Numbered from the stretch's first letter, positions 42,999-53,040 are shown. The stretch is DNA of 64,000 nt from an uncultured Clostridia bacterium (GCA_947168565.1 CAMVMM010000009.1:22292-86291); one strand, 5' to 3'. Notes: generated from the letters alone by a model not told the origin. Translations and numbers: made by a program.

Positions 42999-44969
42999 TC
43001 ACGGGGTGACGGACAAGGATCTGATCCGATCAAACGGATTCATCAGCTTGCCGTATACCGGAGCGGTGATCTTCGAGGAGTGGATAAAAGCGTACCTGCC
43101 GGCGAAGCGAACGTGATACCAGCTTCCCACGGCGTGCCAAACCTCAACGGATACGCCGGGATACAGCACGAATATCGGAGCGCTGTATTCGGAGGGGCCG
43201 AACCTGAGCTGTGCATCCAGCACGCCGGGGCGCACGGTGGAGTAGCCGATCGCGTGCTCCGCGCCCAAGGGAGCGGGGAAGAGATCCACGCGCACAAGAT
43301 CGCCGCGGATATAGCCCAGCTTATTGTTTGCTATGCACACGAGCCAGCCGTTCGTTTCCGTTATCACGTCCACGTGAGTGCCGATGGGAAGCGTGTCGAT
43401 GATGGAATGATCCGTTCCGGGGCCGGACCTCATGCGGGCGGAGGAGGCGGAAACCGTGCCGAAGGCAACAGGCTGCTTGGAATAGGAGTTCGGCAGCTCC
43501 GGGTCGCGCTCGCGTACCTCGCGCAGATCCATGCCGGGATAGTAGAATTTCAGTATTTGACTGTAATTGAAGCCGTCCTTGGCTCTGCCGTCCGCGCCGT
43601 GCTGAGAAAGCCCCAGGCCGTGACCGTAGCGGCATCTGTAAACGGTGTAGCCTCCGGAGGTGGCCCTGCCCCAATAGATGCGAAGGTTGCGCCCGGGCTT
43701 GTACAGCACGGAGTAGGTGCCGAGGAGCGATACGTCAAACTCAAGCGAAACGGTGCTTATCGTTCCGTTGTCGTTCACCCTTGCGGAAACGCTCATCCGC
43801 GTCAGATCCAGGGTGGTATCGGGGTGTTTCCTTGTGTGAACGCTCGCGCTTGTAACTGTAATAAGCTCCGCGCTGTGCCCAAGCTGCTGCGCGATTCGGT
43901 CATTCAGAAGGCTTCTGAAATTCGCGTTCGTTACCGGCTCGCCATACACGATGTTCAGCTCGCTGATGTAATCATCGGGTGTGTTTGGCATATCATAGGG
44001 GTCGAGGCGAACGGAATACGCGCCGTCAAAGCCGGATGAACCGAACGCATACGAGGGAAGGGTTGTTTCGCCGCCGTTGGTCGCGCCGAAATTCGTGGGA
44101 GCAAGGATATTGCCGTAGAAAAGGATCTTGCCGCACATCTCGCGGCAGGGCTCCCACGCAAAGCTGCTGCCCACGCTGTCGGAATAGCCGCGATAGCCAA
44201 GATGAGCCATCGAGGATGTGATATCATAATTCTCGTTGCCTGAGGAATACGCAAAGGCATAGGTCTTTGCGGCTATTGCCTGCGCATATACCGCCTCCCT
44301 GTGCCACGAGCCGTTGATCTCATAAGGCACTATGCCGTAGAGGTAATGCGCGGTAGGCACCACGTTTATAATATCAAGCTCGCTGCCGCTTGCCATGATG
44401 CGGAAGCTGCCCAAATAATCCTTATCGTTGGTGCTGCTGCTCGGCACGGTCTGCACGTTTGCATACCCGCCGGAGCGGGAGAGCAAAACGCGGTTAAGGT
44501 CGATCACGCTGCCCGAATAAACCAAAGCTGCATTGTAATAAGCATAAGCTATTCCGTTTGAAGCGGTGAAGCGAACGATGGCGGGCTGATTCTGCGTGCC
44601 AACGATAGGGGTCAGCGTTTGATCAATATAATACGCACCGTATAGCGCAAGCCTTATTTCCCGAACGGCAATATCGGGTTCGTGCGTCAAAAGCACGCGA
44701 ACGGTGGAGTAATCGTCCGCCTCCGTGCGCTCCGAGATTCTTTGCGCAAGGGGCGTGCCGTCCTCATAATAAGGAAGCTGCATCGAGTTTGGGTATTCGT
44801 TTTCATTTACGGCAGCCGGCGGGCAGCTTTCTATATTTGAAACCAAATGGTCATCCGATGCCGAAGGGCTGCTCGAAGGGGGCTTGGCCGAAGCGGGCAG
44901 GGCAACCGTGCCGAAAATAATAATCAGCGCGGTGAGGAATGCAAGCAGTTTTGTGCTGTTGCGCTTCAT
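42999..44969 (-). CDS. SpoIID/LytB-domain protein with two C-terminal SH3b domains (secreted)
   Basis: Signal peptide ending ALPASA. SpoIID/LytB core (VYAQAIAAKTYAF ... FGATNGGETT ... LSQHGA). Two C-terminal SH3b modules (SARMRSGPGTDHSIIDTLPIGTHV.., LDAQLRFGPSEYSAPIFVLYPG..). Confidence 0.8.
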   Translation of the reverse strand: MKRNSTKLLAFLTALIIIFGTVALPASAKPPSSSPSASDDHLVSNIESCPPAAVNENEYPNSMQLPYYEDGTPLAQRISERTEADDYSTVRVLLTHEPDIAVREIRLALYGAYYIDQTLTPIVGTQNQPAIVRFTASNGIAYAYYNAALVYSGSVIDLNRVLLSRSGGYANVQTVPSSSTNDKDYLGSFRIMASGSELDIINVVPTAHYLYGIVPYEINGSWHREAVYAQAIAAKTYAFAYSSGNENYDITSSMAHLGYRGYSDSVGSSFAWEPCREMCGKILFYGNILAPTNFGATNGGETTLPSYAFGSSGFDGAYSVRLDPYDMPNTPDDYISELNIVYGEPVTNANFRSLLNDRIAQQLGHSAELITVTSASVHTRKHPDTTLDLTRMSVSARVNDNGTISTVSLEFDVSLLGTYSVLYKPGRNLRIYWGRATSGGYTVYRCRYGHGLGLSQHGADGRAKDGFNYSQILKFYYPGMDLREVRERDPELPNSYSKQPVAFGTVSASSARMRSGPGTDHSIIDTLPIGTHVDVITETNGWLVCIANNKLGYIRGDLVRVDLFPAPLGAEHAIGYSTVRPGVLDAQLRFGPSEYSAPIFVLYPGVSVEVWHAVGSWYHVRFAGRYAFIHSSKITAPVYGKLMNPFDRIRSLSVTP

Positions 44970-45335
44970 TGAAAGAATCTCCTTTCCGAAGGTATGTGTT
45001 TTTTATTCAAGCCGCACGCGCTTCAAAGCGGATCGAAGTGCGGAGCAGCTCCCCCTCCGATTTCAATTATAGCATTAAAACACAAGTTTATCAAATGCAA
45101 AGCCGGTATACATTCAGTAAGTTAAGTTTAACAAATAATATATAAACAAACATAAGCCTGCCTGACGGCATGAGCTTGAACGTAATGCTAAAGCATATTC
45201 CGTGCAAAACAAGCGGAACTGCCAAAAACAGACTTTATTAGCTCTCATAACCTGAATAATTTAAAAAGGGAATAGCCATTACTAATTGCATAGACTAAAA
45301 AACAGCTTGCCGTGAATCGGCGCTATGGAGGAAGT

Positions 45336-46109
45336 ATGGCGTTCAATAAGGTTGAGATCTGCGGGGTCGATACGGGCTCGCTGCCGAAGATAGGTTATAA
45401 GCGAAGCTTGGAGCTGCTTGAGCGGATAAAAACGGGCGATGAGGCGGCGCGGGAGGAATTCCTTGTCGGAAATCTCAGGCTGGTGCTCAGCGTTATCCAG
45501 CGCTTTTCCGGCAGATCCGAGCAGCCGGACGATCTGTTTCAGGTCGGCTGCGTTGGCCTTATCAAGGCGCTCGATAATTTCGACACCTCGCATAACGTTC
45601 GCTTTTCAACCTATGCCGTGCCTATGATAATAGGGGAGATAAGAAGGTTTTTAAGAGACAACAGCTCGGTGCGCGTTTCAAGGTCTATGCGCGATACGGC
45701 ATACAGAGCCCTGCAGATAAGAAATAAGCTTCAGGACGCAAACGGTTCGGAGCCCAGAATATCGCAGATAGCGCAGGAGCTTGGCATTCCGGAAGCGGAC
45801 GTGGTGTTTGCGCTGGATGCGATCTCGGATCCGATCTCGCTAAATGAGCCGATCTATATGGACGATGGCGACGCGGTATACGTTGAGGATCATATCAGGG
45901 ACGAAACGGCGGACGACAGCCTGTGGCTGAACAGCATAGCGATCTCAAACGGCATGAGCAGGCTGAACGAGCGCGAGCAAAATATTATAAAATTAAGATT
46001 TTTCAAAGGAAAAACGCAGACGGAGGTTGCAGATCAGGTGGGCGTGAGTCAGGCTCAGGTATCAAGGCTTGAAAAGGCGGCGCTGATGAAGATGAAGAAA
46101 TACCTGTGA
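45336..46109 (+). CDS. sigG: Forespore sigma factor SigG (257 aa)
   Basis: Near-colinear with B. subtilis SigG: NKVEICGVDT, GNLRLVLSVIQRF, DLFQVGC.GL.K..DNFD.SHNV.FSTYAVPMIIGEIRR.LRDN, GVSQAQVSRLEKAA. ATG 45336 lies behind GGAGG. Confidence 0.85.
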   Translation: MAFNKVEICGVDTGSLPKIGYKRSLELLERIKTGDEAAREEFLVGNLRLVLSVIQRFSGRSEQPDDLFQVGCVGLIKALDNFDTSHNVRFSTYAVPMIIGEIRRFLRDNSSVRVSRSMRDTAYRALQIRNKLQDANGSEPRISQIAQELGIPEADVVFALDAISDPISLNEPIYMDDGDAVYVEDHIRDETADDSLWLNSIAISNGMSRLNEREQNIIKLRFFKGKTQTEVADQVGVSQAQVSRLEKAALMKMKKYL

Positions 46110-46244
46110 AGGATGGTGTTAAATTTTTGTGTCAATAAAGTGTACGCAATATGTTTTTATTGTGTCAAAAATATGTCAACAGCGTAAATTTGGCATGTCG
46201 AAACACGGAAAAGCGCGAATATGAAAAAATTTTTTGTATATATA

Positions 46245-46273
46245 TTGCATTTTTTTGGATGTTACGGTATAAT
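46245..46273 (+). promoter_or_regulatory. Sigma-A type promoter of the BlaI-family gene
   Basis: TTGCAT, a 17-nt spacer, then TATAAT, 40 nt before ATG 46313. Confidence 0.55.
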
Positions 46274-46312
46274 GAATGCGATACATTAAAAGCATAGGAG
46301 TTGGACTATACT

Positions 46313-46687
46313 ATGATTCTTAAAGATGTTTCATCGGCCGAGCTTGAGATAATGAAAATTATCTGGACGGCAGGAAAGCCCGTCATTATCACGGATATAT
46401 GGCGTGCAATCGAAGGGCACGACTGGACCTACCAGACTGTGCAGACCTTTGTTAACCGCTTGAATGCAAAGGGCTATATAAAAATAGTCGGCAAACAGGT
46501 GCGCAGCTACCTCTACCTTCCCACTGTAACCCGCGCTGAATACATCGTTCAGTCCCGCGGAGACCTCATCGACGGCGGTGACGGCGCCAGCCTCTCCGAT
46601 GTTGTTTCCCTCATGTTCAAACAGGGCATCTGCGGCAAGGAGGAGCTTCAAAAGCTTTCCGAAACTGTTTCGACGCTTCTTAAATGA
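46313..46687 (+). CDS. BlaI/MecI/CopY-family winged-helix repressor (124 aa)
   Basis: SSAELEIMKIIW..., WTYQTVQTFVNRLNAKGYI is the penicillinase-repressor fold pattern. No BlaR1/MecR1-type sensor gene follows. Confidence 0.8.
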   Translation: MILKDVSSAELEIMKIIWTAGKPVIITDIWRAIEGHDWTYQTVQTFVNRLNAKGYIKIVGKQVRSYLYLPTVTRAEYIVQSRGDLIDGGDGASLSDVVSLMFKQGICGKEELQKLSETVSTLLK

Positions 46688-46801
46688 GCATAGCGTGGCT
46701 TCGCTCATTTGTTTGAATATTCAAAAGTTTGACCGCGATCCTCGGATCGCGGTTTGCTTTTTATGCGCCGCACGAATTATTCCGTTTTTTCTTTAAATTC
46801 A

Positions 46802-47623
46802 TTATTCCCCGGTTCCCGGCGGTGAAAAGACTTTGCGGAGCAGGCTTTTCAGCCCGTCGCACCTGCCGAAGCTCAGATCTATCACCGTAACCGTGCTTGG
46901 AGCAAGCCCTTGAATAAGGCTCAGCACGCCCTCCTCCTCATTGGGCGCGCATTCGATGGTGAACGCATCCGGCCCTTCATCCGCGCCGACAGAGCCCGGC
47001 GAATCGGTATTTGTGACGGTGCAGCCGCCGGAGGGCTGAAGGATGACTGTAACGCTGTCCGCCCGCTTCGAGTCCGTCTGCTTCAGCAGCCCGAAAAGCC
47101 CGAAAAGCTCGCTCAATATCTCCGCCTCCGCCTCGTCTGCATATACGGAGTCCACCGCCGCGCTCCATTTTTCCACCTCGCCGCGCAGCCTGAAGCGAAG
47201 GTAGCCCTCAAGGTTAAGCCTGCGGTTTTCCGCTAAAAAGGCTGTGAGCTCGGCTATTGAATCGCGGTCACACGTGGTTTCGCCTGTTCTTATTATGGCG
47301 TTTTTTACCACGCGCTGCTTGCATTCAAGAGAGCAGGGCAGCCTGTGCGCCATATCGGATATTTCAAAATAGCGCAGATCCTTCAGCATCATTTCCAGCA
47401 GCGCACCGCTCATTTCTTCAAGCGCTTCTTCGCTTCCGATATACACGCAAAAGCTTTGAGGAATACGTATGCCGCCTTTGATCGGGCGCTCATCCGCTTT
47501 TGCTTGGCTCGGCTCAGGCCTGAAAACCGCTGCACCCTCCGGCGCACGCATAAAGAGGCGGCGCTTGAAAAGCTCGCCTATATCTATTTCGTATTCGTTG
47601 GTTTCAATATAAAACTCCTGCAT
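46802..47623 (-). CDS. Putative sporulation protein YtxC-like (273 aa)
   Basis: ATG 47623 lies behind GAAGG. The central LEGYLRFRLRGEVEKW segment recalls the YtxC family signature. The assignment rests on memory of the family pattern only. Confidence 0.35.
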   Translation of the reverse strand: MQEFYIETNEYEIDIGELFKRRLFMRAPEGAAVFRPEPSQAKADERPIKGGIRIPQSFCVYIGSEEALEEMSGALLEMMLKDLRYFEISDMAHRLPCSLECKQRVVKNAIIRTGETTCDRDSIAELTAFLAENRRLNLEGYLRFRLRGEVEKWSAAVDSVYADEAEAEILSELFGLFGLLKQTDSKRADSVTVILQPSGGCTVTNTDSPGSVGADEGPDAFTIECAPNEEEGVLSLIQGLAPSTVTVIDLSFGRCDGLKSLLRKVFSPPGTGE

Positions 47624-47746
47624 ACCTTCGCCCCTTCTATCCGCTGCGATCGAATGATTTTTGTACGCCATGCTTTATTATGTGCAGCGGGGAGCAAAAG
47701 GTGACAGTAAAAATTTGCTAATGAACCGGTATTGCGGATGAAAGGC

Positions 47747-48733
47747 TTATTCAAAATACCCGCTGAAATCCGGAGTAAAATCGGAGCTTGCGGAGGAAAG
47801 CTCCTGCGCGTAGATATTTGTGAACCCAAGTGAAAGCGCGTGCTCGAGCGCTCTTTTGTATTCACGGCGAAGCAAACGCCTGTTCAGCGGGGGCGGGGGA
47901 TCGCAAAACGGCGTGTACTGGCTCATCAGCGAAATATGGGTCTCGATCGGCAGATTTTCGCTCAGCCAATCCAAAACTCCCCGCGCCTGATCCACGGAGC
48001 CGGGCAAAACGAGATGGCGAACGATCAGCCCGCGCCTTGCAATGCCGTTTTCGTCCGTTTCAAGCACGCCGCACTGGCGCTGCATCTCAAGCACCGCCCT
48101 TGAAGCGATCTCAAAATAATCGGCCCTGCCGCTGTATTTTGCGGCGGGTATTTCGGAGCGGTATTTCAGATCGGGCAGATAGATATCCACCAGACCCTCA
48201 AGGAGCTTTAGCGTTTCAACCTTTTCGTATGCGTTTGTGTTGTAAACTATTGGTATTTGCAGTCCGCACAGGCGGGCTTTTTTGATGGCTTTGATTATCA
48301 AAAGCGTGTGCGGCGAGGGCGTAACGAGGTTTACGTTGTGCGCCCCAAGCTCCTGAAGTCGCAGCATCGCCTCGCATAATTCGTCCGGCCCAAGCAGCCT
48401 GCCCTTCTCGCTTTGGCTTATGTCGTGATTCTGACAGAAAACGCAGGTCATGTTGCAGCCGGAGAAAAACACCGCGCCGCTGCCGCGTGTGCCGGAGATG
48501 GGAGGCTCCTCGTAATAATGCCTTGCACAGCGGGCAACGCGGGCGCAGAGAAGCGCGTTTCTGCCGCCGAGCTCGCCCGATTGAAAGCCGCCGACGCCGC
48601 ATTTTCCGCGCTCAAGCCTTCTGTTTGCGCCGCACTCAAGCGGGCAGAGCCTGCAGCCGGCATTCGGCAAGGAAGCGCCGCTTTTATGAAAAGCGGAGCC
48701 CGTATTAAGCTTTGTGTCATCAAAAAAACTCAT
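47747..48733 (-). CDS. Radical SAM protein, PflX-like (pyruvate formate-lyase activase-related)
   Basis: HYYEEPPISGTRGSGAVFFSGCNMTCVFCQNHDIS is the typical COG1313 cluster-binding block. Confidence 0.8.
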   Translation of the reverse strand: MSFFDDTKLNTGSAFHKSGASLPNAGCRLCPLECGANRRLERGKCGVGGFQSGELGGRNALLCARVARCARHYYEEPPISGTRGSGAVFFSGCNMTCVFCQNHDISQSEKGRLLGPDELCEAMLRLQELGAHNVNLVTPSPHTLLIIKAIKKARLCGLQIPIVYNTNAYEKVETLKLLEGLVDIYLPDLKYRSEIPAAKYSGRADYFEIASRAVLEMQRQCGVLETDENGIARRGLIVRHLVLPGSVDQARGVLDWLSENLPIETHISLMSQYTPFCDPPPPLNRRLLRREYKRALEHALSLGFTNIYAQELSSASSDFTPDFSGYFE

Positions 48734-48763
48734 TCTGTTTCGGAAAAGCCGGGTTTATCAGCG

Positions 48764-50569
48764 CTACTGCTGGCGTGCCTGCGAATCCGCGGCGGGCAAA
48801 AGCTCAGGATGCTCGGCGTCGCCCGGGTCGCGCTCCACGGTGAAGGTGAAGCGAATCATTCCATCCGTATATGAAACGTTTATCTTTTCATTCAGCAAAT
48901 TGAGCACCTCGGAAACGATGGCAAGCCCAAGCCCGGTGCCTTCTCCGGAATGGGAGTGATCCGCCTTGTAGAAGCGCTCGAAAATATGCTCCAGGTCGGC
49001 CGCCTCTATCACGGCGGGGTTGCTGACGCTGAACTCGTAGCGGCTTGCGTCCGCATTGAGCGCAAGGCCGATATGCACCGCGCACCCCTCGTTTCCGTGC
49101 TTAACGGCGTTGTCCGTAAGCGCAATAAGCACCTGCTCGATCCTTGCCGCGTTCGTGCTTGCAAGATAGACGCCCTCTTTAACCTCAAGCTTAACGGATT
49201 TTCCGCGCTGATGCGCAAGGTCGTTCATCCTGTCCGCAACGTCGTAGGCGATTTCAAACAGATCGACCCTTGCCTTGGTGAAGGCAACGCCGCCGCTTTG
49301 CAGCCTTGAAAGCTCAAGCAGATCGTCTATAAGCTGCGAAAGGCGGATGGATTCGCGCTGGATATAGCCGTAGTAGCGCATCTGATCCTTGGGGTCGGTG
49401 ATTATGCCGTCGCAAAGCGCGTCCGAAAGGCTGCGGATGGAGGCAAGCGGCGTGCGTAGCTCGTGGCTGACGTTTGCAACGTAGTCGCGCCTTGTTTGCT
49501 CAAGCCTTTCGCTCTCGGTCACGTCGCTAATAAGGGTAACCGCGCCGCCAAGCGCGCCGTTTGATTCGTGGATCGGAGTGGCGGAAAGGCGAAGCAGACG
49601 GTCGGCAACGCTTGCCCTTCCTTTCGCCCGAGCATCGTTTTCAAGGGAGCGCATTATCGCCTCGCGCACCGGCTCATAGGAGGGAAGCTCGGAGGGATCA
49701 TCCTCCTCTCCGCCGCCAAGAAGCTTGAGCGCTGCGGAGTTGTAATGCGTGATGGTGCCGTGCCGATCAACGGCTATAATGCCCTCGCCGATGCCGTCCA
49801 AAACGGTGTTCAGGCGGTTTCTTTCCATCACAAGGTGGTCTATATTGCTTCTGAGCGCGTCGGCAAGCGTGTTGAAGGATTCGGCAAGATGCTGTGATTC
49901 GAAGCTCCCTCGCGGCACCGCGCGCGCGTCCAGATCGCCGTTTGCCATTTTGAGCGCCGTTTCCGAAACCGCTCTGATGGGCTTTGTGACGAAGCGAAAC
50001 ACCAGCACGGAGGGAATGAGCGCGATCAAAAGTATCACAAGCATCAGCGCGCCGAACTGGAGCGCAAGCTTATTCATGCGATCCTGTATCGCCGAGCCGC
50101 GGTGAATCAGGATCACGGCGCCGATTATCCTCTCCGAGCCATCCAGTATAGGCACGCCGACAACTATGCCGATGGTGGCGTTCGGCATGGAAACCTCGTT
50201 TCCCTTCATAACGGAATCAAAGCACAGGGAAACCGTTTCCCTGGCTTCGTTCCTGTTGGAGCCGTCGTCGTTTGTGATGATATTGCCGTTTGCTTCGATA
50301 ACGTACGTGGAGGTTTCTGAGATGGCGTAATCCTCGGAGTAAACCATCCTTGAGATGGTGTGCCTGTCCGCATTTTCAAGATACAGCTTTGTGACCTGGT
50401 GCGAAATCGCCTTTGCCTTGGGCATAAGGTCGTCCGTTTTATAATTCACGTAGATGTCGCGGCCGAATATGGAAAACATCACCGCGATAATGGCAACCAC
50501 AAACGTCACCGTTATGCTCACGATGAAAAGTATTATTTTAAACAGGCTTGTTCGCTGTACGGTGGACAT
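48764..50569 (-). CDS. Sensor histidine kinase (2 TM, extracytoplasmic domain, HAMP, PAS, HisKA, HATPase)
   Basis: H-box SHELRTPLASIRS, N-box LTDNAVKHG, G-boxes GTGLGLAIV. Confidence 0.85.
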   Translation of the reverse strand: MSTVQRTSLFKIILFIVSITVTFVVAIIAVMFSIFGRDIYVNYKTDDLMPKAKAISHQVTKLYLENADRHTISRMVYSEDYAISETSTYVIEANGNIITNDDGSNRNEARETVSLCFDSVMKGNEVSMPNATIGIVVGVPILDGSERIIGAVILIHRGSAIQDRMNKLALQFGALMLVILLIALIPSVLVFRFVTKPIRAVSETALKMANGDLDARAVPRGSFESQHLAESFNTLADALRSNIDHLVMERNRLNTVLDGIGEGIIAVDRHGTITHYNSAALKLLGGGEEDDPSELPSYEPVREAIMRSLENDARAKGRASVADRLLRLSATPIHESNGALGGAVTLISDVTESERLEQTRRDYVANVSHELRTPLASIRSLSDALCDGIITDPKDQMRYYGYIQRESIRLSQLIDDLLELSRLQSGGVAFTKARVDLFEIAYDVADRMNDLAHQRGKSVKLEVKEGVYLASTNAARIEQVLIALTDNAVKHGNEGCAVHIGLALNADASRYEFSVSNPAVIEAADLEHIFERFYKADHSHSGEGTGLGLAIVSEVLNLLNEKINVSYTDGMIRFTFTVERDPGDAEHPELLPAADSQARQQ

Positions 50570-50681
50570 CTATGATGCAGTGCCTTTCTGTTTTGCTCGT
50601 TTGAATATTATGTTTACGATGGTTGCGCCAAAAAACAGGCGGAACATTTATCCGTGTTCCGCCGAAGCGACAAAGCCGGGG

Positions 50682-51443
50682 TCACTCGCGCAGCTCGTCG
50701 GCGTATTCGTCCTCAAGCGCGATCTCCTCCCTGGGGGGCTGAGCGCCGTCCGCATACACCTCGAAGCGGTAGCCGACGCCGTAAACGGTGCGCAGCGCCC
50801 ATCCGCGCTCGGTATGCTGGGCGATCTTTTGGCGGATGCGCTTTATCTGCGTGTCAACGGCGCGGGTGTCGCCGTAGTAGTCGTAGCCCCAAACGATGGA
50901 GAGTATCTTTTCCCTTGAAAACACCTTTCCGGGGTGGGAGGCAAGAAGCTGGAAGATCTCCACCTCCTTGGGCGTGAGCTGGATGCGCTCGCCGTCTATG
51001 CGAACGTCGTAATTATTGATATTTATCTCAAGGTTGCCATAGCGAAGAAGCTGCGCCGGCTCGGTCTCCTGCATATTGAATCTGCGGAGCACAGCCTTTA
51101 TGCGCGCCACGACCTCGCGCGCGCTGAAGGGCTTAACGATATAATCGTCCGCCCCGAATTCAAGCCCGAGCACGCGGTCGATCTCCTCGGATTTGGCGGT
51201 GAGCATGATGATGGGAACGTTGCTTGTTTGCCGAATCACCTTGCACACGTCCATGCCGCTCTTTTTCGGCATCATAAGATCAAGCACTATCAGGCAGGGC
51301 TTGTGCTTATTGAATTCCTCGATAGCCTGCTCGCCGTCGAAGGCGGAGATATAGTCGAAGCCCTCGTTTTTAAGGTAGGCACCAAGCGTTTCGTGGATGA
51401 TATGCTGATCATCGCAAATCAAGATCTGCTGCTTTGCTGTCAT
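50682..51443 (-). CDS. OmpR-family response regulator
   Basis: REC with DD...LDLMMP...KP and a winged-helix output (LTPKEVEIFQLLA...RTVYGVGYRF). It has an unusual acidic ~25-aa C-terminal tail. Confidence 0.9.
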   Translation of the reverse strand: MTAKQQILICDDQHIIHETLGAYLKNEGFDYISAFDGEQAIEEFNKHKPCLIVLDLMMPKKSGMDVCKVIRQTSNVPIIMLTAKSEEIDRVLGLEFGADDYIVKPFSAREVVARIKAVLRRFNMQETEPAQLLRYGNLEININNYDVRIDGERIQLTPKEVEIFQLLASHPGKVFSREKILSIVWGYDYYGDTRAVDTQIKRIRQKIAQHTERGWALRTVYGVGYRFEVYADGAQPPREEIALEDEYADELRE

Positions 51444-51768
51444 GGCTGATCCCTCCGATCAAATATTGAGCAGCATCAGAATGCCGCTATTTTATTATAA
51501 TTCATTTTCGTTTCAGTTTCAAGCGCTCCGGAAAGCGGAATAGGATAATTTATTTTGGGATCGGCGCACTCAAAAGGGATTTTGACATTTTTTGTACACA
51601 TTTGGTCAAACAAAAGCCATGCTTTAATACCTTTGATTGCCATATTTTCTTGATACAATGCTATTGGTATAAGTATGTGCTTTTTGCTGTTTATTGCAAT
51701 CTGTGTATGCGCCCCTGTATCGTGCTTTACGGGGCAAAGCAAAATACTGCGGCAAGGAGAATAAAATA

Positions 51769-53040
51769 ATGGCATTCAACGGCACTCCGGATCCTATGGC
51801 TCGGAATAATGAAATGCTTCAAAATCAGAATACGGTCAAAGCCTCGGAGGGCGGCGGCCAAAGCAGGCCCGGCGCAAGGCGCGTGGATATGTCCATGGGC
51901 GCTTTCATCGCCTGCCTTGTGGCCGTGCTGCTTGTGACGATCCTTATGATCGGCGCCATAAATATTATCCGAACGACGAACAGCAGGCGGGTGAACATCA
52001 TCACCACGCCCTCTCCCTTTGAAAACTATGCTCAGCAGTCCGGCGGGGATGATTCGAACAGGAATCACAACGAGCCCGAAAGCAGCGGCTTGCCCTTCTT
52101 TTCGGACGATACTCAGTCCGAATCCGCCTTTTCGCTTATCGGCAGGGCAATGTCCAGCGTTGTATGTATCGACGTGATGGCTCAGAGCGGGCATTCAAGC
52201 ATGAATAAGAGCTCCGGCTCCGGCGTGATCGTTTCGGAGGACGGCTACATAGTGACCTGCGCTCACGTGATAGACGGGGCGGACAAGATCTACGTGTATA
52301 TGGACGATGGGCTGAGCTGTGAGGCCGCCGTTGTCGGACGCGACAGCCTGGGCGACATTGCCGTATTAAAGGTGGATGAAACCGAGCTGCCGTACGCCTC
52401 GTTTGGCGATTCCTCGGCGCTTCGGGTGGGTGAAAACGTGTTCGCTGTCGGAAACGCGCTCGGGCAGCTTTCAAACACCTACACGCGCGGCGTTGTGAGC
52501 GGCCTTGAAAGAACCGTTAAGCTTAAGAGCAAGGAAGCAAGGCTCATCCATACGGACGCCGCTGTGAATAACGGCAATTCGGGCGGCGGGCTTTTCAGGG
52601 CTTCCGACGGCGCCCTGATGGGCATTGTGGACAGCGTTTCGATCGGCGGCGAGTATGACTGCCTCGGCTTTGCCATCCCGTCCACCATCGTTTCCGACAT
52701 CGTCAAGGATCTGATAAACTTCGGTTACGTGCTCGGCAGACCCTATCTTGGCGTTGAAACCGAAAGCGTCACCCTCTCCGGCTTCGGCTTTTTCACAAAC
52801 TATCACACGTATCCCAAGATAACCGCTCTGAAGGAGGACGGCCCCGCAGAAAAAGCAGGGCTTGAGGTCGGGGACGTGATCCTCTCCGTCGGTGGCACCT
52901 CCGTTTCGGATGCCGATGCGCTTGACGCCCGGATAGGCGCCTTTGCGGCGGGCGACACGGTCGTGCTCTCTGTGATGAGAGCGGATGAAACCCTCGATAT
53001 CGAGGTAAAGCTTGAGGAGAGAACGCAGCCGGATGAATAA
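51769..53040 (+). CDS. htrA: HtrA/DegP-family serine protease with TM anchor and PDZ domain (423 aa)
   Basis: Catalytic triad blocks TCAHVI, D..GDIAVLKV and GNSGGGLF. C-terminal PDZ (GLEVGDVILSVGG). ATG 51769 lies behind AAGGAG. Confidence 0.9.
   Translation: MAFNGTPDPMARNNEMLQNQNTVKASEGGGQSRPGARRVDMSMGAFIACLVAVLLVTILMIGAINIIRTTNSRRVNIITTPSPFENYAQQSGGDDSNRNHNEPESSGLPFFSDDTQSESAFSLIGRAMSSVVCIDVMAQSGHSSMNKSSGSGVIVSEDGYIVTCAHVIDGADKIYVYMDDGLSCEAAVVGRDSLGDIAVLKVDETELPYASFGDSSALRVGENVFAVGNALGQLSNTYTRGVVSGLERTVKLKSKEARLIHTDAAVNNGNSGGGLFRASDGALMGIVDSVSIGGEYDCLGFAIPSTIVSDIVKDLINFGYVLGRPYLGVETESVTLSGFGFFTNYHTYPKITALKEDGPAEKAGLEVGDVILSVGGTSVSDADALDARIGAFAAGDTVVLSVMRADETLDIEVKLEERTQPDE

Noticed and set aside
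41533-43002. 489-aa ORF antisense to glyA
   Set aside because: The reasoning is the same as for the fbp antisense ORF. glyA is unambiguous (PLP site, promoter, SD, terminator), and the antisense frame has no independent signals.
45255-45295. Forespore (sigma-F/G) promoter upstream of sigG
   Set aside because: The best candidate, GAATA-13 nt-GCATAGACTA, has the wrong spacer and an imperfect -10. That is not enough to report it as a feature.
46190-46205. Perfect Spo0A box TGTCGAA between sigG and the BlaI-family gene
   Set aside because: A 7-mer is expected several times by chance in 64 kb on two strands, and there is no clustering or supporting context.
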